Part shown: positions 48,672 to 53,957 of the stretch, piece after piece
Numbering within the stretch: the first letter of the stretch is position 1
How the letters are laid out: every line of letters begins with the position of its first letter
Assembly: GCA_018398765.1 (NCBI GenBank)
Contig: JAHBMJ010000209.1
Coordinates: 1 to 53,957, forward strand
Length of the DNA: 53,957 nucleotides
Origin: Chromera velia
Lineage: Eukaryota
Direction of reading: 5' to 3'
Position numbers and translations under genes: made by a program
Notes under the pieces: model-generated
Databases searched by the model: none
What the model was told of the DNA's origin: nothing
The model's input: the letters and a program-made list of their open reading frames with translations, nothing else

Positions 48672-50528
48672 TCAGATCTTGTGGTTGAGGACCCCGGTGC
48701 TTCTGTAGAAGGTCTCTCTGATCAGGGGCTTCCTCGCGTGGGGGCTCATCACATACGTCAGGTTGGGAACTCTCCAGCCGACATCCTGTGCAGAAGTCTC
48801 GGGACTCAGGTTCCTGCATGCATTCACGCAGGCAGGCAGCAGGGGAGGGAGGGGAGGGAAATTAAGGTAAGACACGAAAGCAGAGAATCAAACCCAGATA
48901 GAAAGAGGGACACAATCCTGGGAGGGGATAGAGGAGGGAGAGAAACTCTTGAAGTCTAGGCAGATGGCAGAAAATCGCCATCTAGCGCAGTTTCATTCAG
49001 GAAAACAAATACTGGCTCTCCCTCTCCTACCCACCCACTGTTTCAGTCTCCCACTTACTTTTCTTGAGGTCCGATCGTCTTCTGATGTTTCAGGTAGGCT
49101 GCGCGTCCCTGCAGAGCGGTTGATTGGGTGCAAAGGGTGTTGCCATGTACATGAGCACGCACACACACAAAAATGTGTGTATGCGTCAAGAGAATTACCA
49201 GGTGGACAGACTAGCAAGGGCGTGTGGACATGCAGGGAGAGTAGCCATACGCTCCAACTGAGAGAAAGCGAATCGATCAGGATTAAAAGCCAATCTCATC
49301 GGTCTTCACCGACAACCCACACGGAGTCGCCTGAAGAAGTCAATTCTCGTCATCTCGATCGCTCCTATCAGCACAGAGAGATACGTTACGGTTCAAAACG
49401 AAACCACTCTATGTTTGGTTGCATGCCCTCTCTCCCTCCTTTGTCGAAACCACGAGAAAGAATCCCTTCCGTCCCCTGCACCCTATCTGTGCGTCTGACA
49501 GCATCTCTATCTCTGTTTCTCTCCACCGGCGTTCCATCTACCTGCCTGCCTGCCTGCCTGTTTGCTTTGCTCTCGCTCTATGTGTCCGTTTGCGGCTGCA
49601 GCTCATATCCAAATGTCACGCGTACAGAGGTGCGCATACATACACGGCCCGACCCACCTCCCCCTCCTTGGTAACTCCATTGTACAAGAGCTCCGTGCCT
49701 GCTGGAGAAGGGACCGAGGCATCGAGCTTGTCCAGTTCGTGGGGGTTGCGTGTCAGCTTGAGGGTCTGCAGGGAAGGGGGGGCGCAGAGGCGCAGCGGCA
49801 ATGTTCATCAATTCGGTCGGCAGTCTGGTGGGGAAAAAGAAAAAAAAACGTGTATCTATGAAAAGCCAGTAGCGGGCTGGTAGAGTCAGAGAGGCCCATT
49901 TCATGAGAGAGATCAGTGGGAGGTCGGAAAGAAAAACGAAATTTGCCTGTGCACCGTCTTTCGTTCCCCATGCAGTCAGTTGACCTGATCGAGAAAGTGG
50001 AGAGCGCAGCTCGCCTTCTTATAGTAACTGCATGGAGAGGAGGCAACAGTGAAGAGGAAGAACGCGCATATAGAGTACATTCAGAGGAAGGGGGGAGGGA
50101 ACTGCGGGGCGAGTCTGAAGAGGCGACGGTCCAGACACCTTATCACCAATCAGCTCGTGAGTCAGTCAGCTACCGAGACATGCAGGCAGTCATGTGTGGG
50201 GAGGGAGAAAGCCATGCAGAAAGACAGTGAGGCAGTCCGTCACGCAGTCGGGGGGAAAGAAGGGCATTCAGGCAGACAGACAGGCAAGCGGCTGGGCCGG
50301 TGGGCGGCCGGTGTCTACCACCTCCGAACGTTATCAACACAGGAAGATACGCGATGAACACAGTTGGGAACATGCAGTCAACTGTCTTGCACATATCCCG
50401 GAAGATCGCTCTGAAGACAGAGGGACGCACTCTGGTGATCGGGTTTTCATGCTGAGCATGGTGGGTGATTCCAGCTCATCGAAGTTGACCGTGGCCAGCT
50501 TCTTGCTCGAGTCGTTGGGGGACGACAT
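48672..50528 (-). CDS. SPMIP1/ATP6V1FNB-like axonemal microtubule inner protein
   Basis: Five phase-consistent exons give ...ELLYNGVTKEGE|GRAAYLKHQKTIGPQEK|NLSPETSAQDVGWRV...HARKPLIRETFYRSTGVL. This matches my recollection of the family signature (LYxGxSKEGxGRxxYL...PxxK...TSSxxxGW...FYRxxGV). Confidence 0.7.
49272..49359 (-). ncRNA. Candidate intronic box C/D snoRNA, copy B
   Basis: On the minus strand: stem ATCGA/TCGAT, box C ATGACGA (49353-49347), CCGATGA, box D CTGA (49280-49277). Same pre-D sequence as copy A, and sense within an intron of the SPMIP1-like gene. Confidence 0.65.
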
Positions 50529-50788
50529 GATGAGGAGAATTAAGAGAGGAGTGGGTCTGTTGCTTGCAGATTGGACTTCAGTATGAGAACAAAGCTTTGC
50601 AGAGACTGATTGATTTGCAGAGTCAGACAGCCTGGAATTGATGCAGTGTTTGCCAGTCGTACACAGTGTCAAATTGCTGGGCACGCCGATCATCGCGTCC
50701 TCTGATCCTTCGACACATCTCGACACTCAGTGAGTGTCTGACCTGCGTAGCTATAGCGGCCCCGGAAAGCTCACATGCGGCGCCGCGC

Positions 50789-50802
50789 TGCATGCATGCA
50801 TG
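50789..50802. promoter_or_regulatory. TGCATGCA array in the divergent promoter between the SPMIP1-like gene and RBX1
   Basis: TGCATGCATGCATG, roughly midway between ATGs 50528 (-) and 51097 (+). Confidence 0.5.
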
Positions 50803-51096
50803 ATCGAGCACACAAATTGGGTCGTCAACAAAAAGATGCACAGATTGTGGCCTTGTGTTCTCTAATGTGTTCTCTTCGGGACTTTGAGAGCTTCTTCTGA
50901 AGACACTCTGTAGTCATTCTTGGTTCGGAAGCAAAGCCCTTTGACCTCTGAGCTGCCTTGAGTGCTTTACGCCCTTTTCAAAAACCTTACGAAATTCCTG
51001 GACGCTCTGTCACTCAAGCAACAATCGGCCTCAAGCTCTCAAGAAACTGCCATAAACCTAGGTTCGGCCTTGTGCAGTTGAAACCGACACGACGCA

Positions 51097-52701
<1,605 letters not shown>

Positions 52702-53710
52702 GCAGGCAGGCAGGCGAGCACAGCTAGGAAGGTGACATGCAGGCAACTCCGGGAAGGTGAAGGGTCGACTGATTGCTCGACCCAGAGAGTGTCACCCGGA
52801 GGCTCGGACAGGGATGGAGCTGGAAGAGCGGGAGAGGGTGTTTCTTCTGCTCCGCATGTGTGTTGGTGCTTGTACGTCCCAATTTGTTTGTGTGCATGTG
52901 GAGAGAGGGGCGAGGAGAAAGCCAGACGAAATCGGAATGAGATCGATTGATTTTCCGACACTCACTTACCCCTCAAAAGAAAGAAAGGGGGAATCTGGCG
53001 ATTGAGAGGGTTAGCATCATGAGAGGGTTAGCATCACAAAACGGCGCGGAACGAGCTCAAAAAGAAAAGTCCAAGCCACAGAGAGATGCTCTACCCAGTG
53101 CCCTTAATACCCAATACAGGGGGGAAAAATGGTTGAACAAAGTCATAAATTCATCAGACTGCTTGTATATAACCTCCGTATGGCATATGTGCAGCAAAAT
53201 ACACAAAGGCTATTACAACGTAGAGTACAACTTAGTACAATTTGAACTGTCAACGAGTTGACAGCAACGTATGTATACAACCCGCATAACTTTTATCAAA
53301 ATTAATGATACAGAATTCTAAATATAGAATTAATGTTCGATTCAGCTTCTTTCTTGGCTTCTTTCCGTTTTCATTAGTTTTTTAAACTATAAACTTTGTT
53401 TTTAATTTACAGTGTTGTTAAGTCTCGGTACTTTCGGTACCAGAGGGGGGGTCGGTATCAGATTTCGGATCGGATCTTTCGGTACCGAGCTAAATGACTC
53501 TCAAACTTAAAAATCATATGTAGTCTGATGTTAGAATATCATTTAAACACACTTCATAAAATAAAATACAATGATAAATTAAAATTAAAAAAGTATTTTC
53601 TAGCTTTTTTGATTATTCCGCGACTTCTGTCTTCTAGAACGGTCTATGGATATTGAGGCATAAAACTCAAAAGTTCATGCTAGTCATCTTTGAGCATTCC
53701 AGTATCCTAA

Positions 53711-53957
53711 TAGGGCTGGGAAAAGGTTTATTGAGAAAAGGTTCAAATCTGAAAAAGTGAACCTGTTGAACCTGTTTTGAACCTGTTTTGGAGGCCAGAC
53801 GCGCGGCCACTGGTACAAAGCCGTCCAGGCCCACGCCGCCCGTGGCCGATATAAGTGAAATAAGGAGCCGGAGCTAAAGGTTGGAACAAATGCAAACCCA
53901 GATGTTTGGGTGCCACCCGCGGTAGCTGGGAGCGGTGGGGGCCATGGGGGGAGCAGG
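53711..53957. mobile_element. Possible left end of a hAT-like element (runs out of the window)
   Basis: Begins TAGGGCTGGG, followed by short subterminal-style repeats in both orientations (AAAAGGTTCAAA; TGAACCTGTT x3) and a GC-rich core. The partner TIR is not visible. Confidence 0.3.

Noticed and set aside
53004..53036. GAGAGGGTTAGCATCA x2 as a telomeric repeat
   Set aside because: Only a local 17-bp tandem duplication; no TTAGGG/TTTAGGG array.

Overview
Eukaryotic nuclear DNA: intron-dense, with microsatellite-rich introns and two N gaps. The style (TGCATGCA-rich promoters, GCC2/GCC3 multipass protein, flagellar gene) suggests an alveolate, probably a chromerid such as Chromera; this is an inference. 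Most of the supplied ORF track is intron or antisense noise. Manual splicing gives ten genes in strictly alternating orientation: an F-box/XPA-like fusion (-), a CRAL-TRIO/Sec14 protein ending in CaaX (+), an intronless ~1008-aa protein with four PD-(D/E)xK-like modules (-), a secreted HtrL/YibB plus GT-A-like fusion (+), a ~13-kb LRR/GCC2-GCC3/multipass-TM/2xLamG gene (-), two secreted hypotheticals (+,-), a small hypothetical (+), an SPMIP1-like protein (-) and RBX1 (+). Divergent junctions carry TGCATGCA clusters. Convergent junctions are AT-rich, CTAG-enriched tracts of decayed repeats that suggest a directional C-to-T process. Other notable elements: a copia 3' end, a hAT-type MITE with 8-bp TSD nested in a (TAGGA)n-tailed repeat, a 908-bp templated copy of a gene 3' end flanked by a 23-bp duplication, and two paralogous intronic C/D-box snoRNA candidates with compensatory stems. 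All family calls come from motifs recognised by eye, not from database searches.
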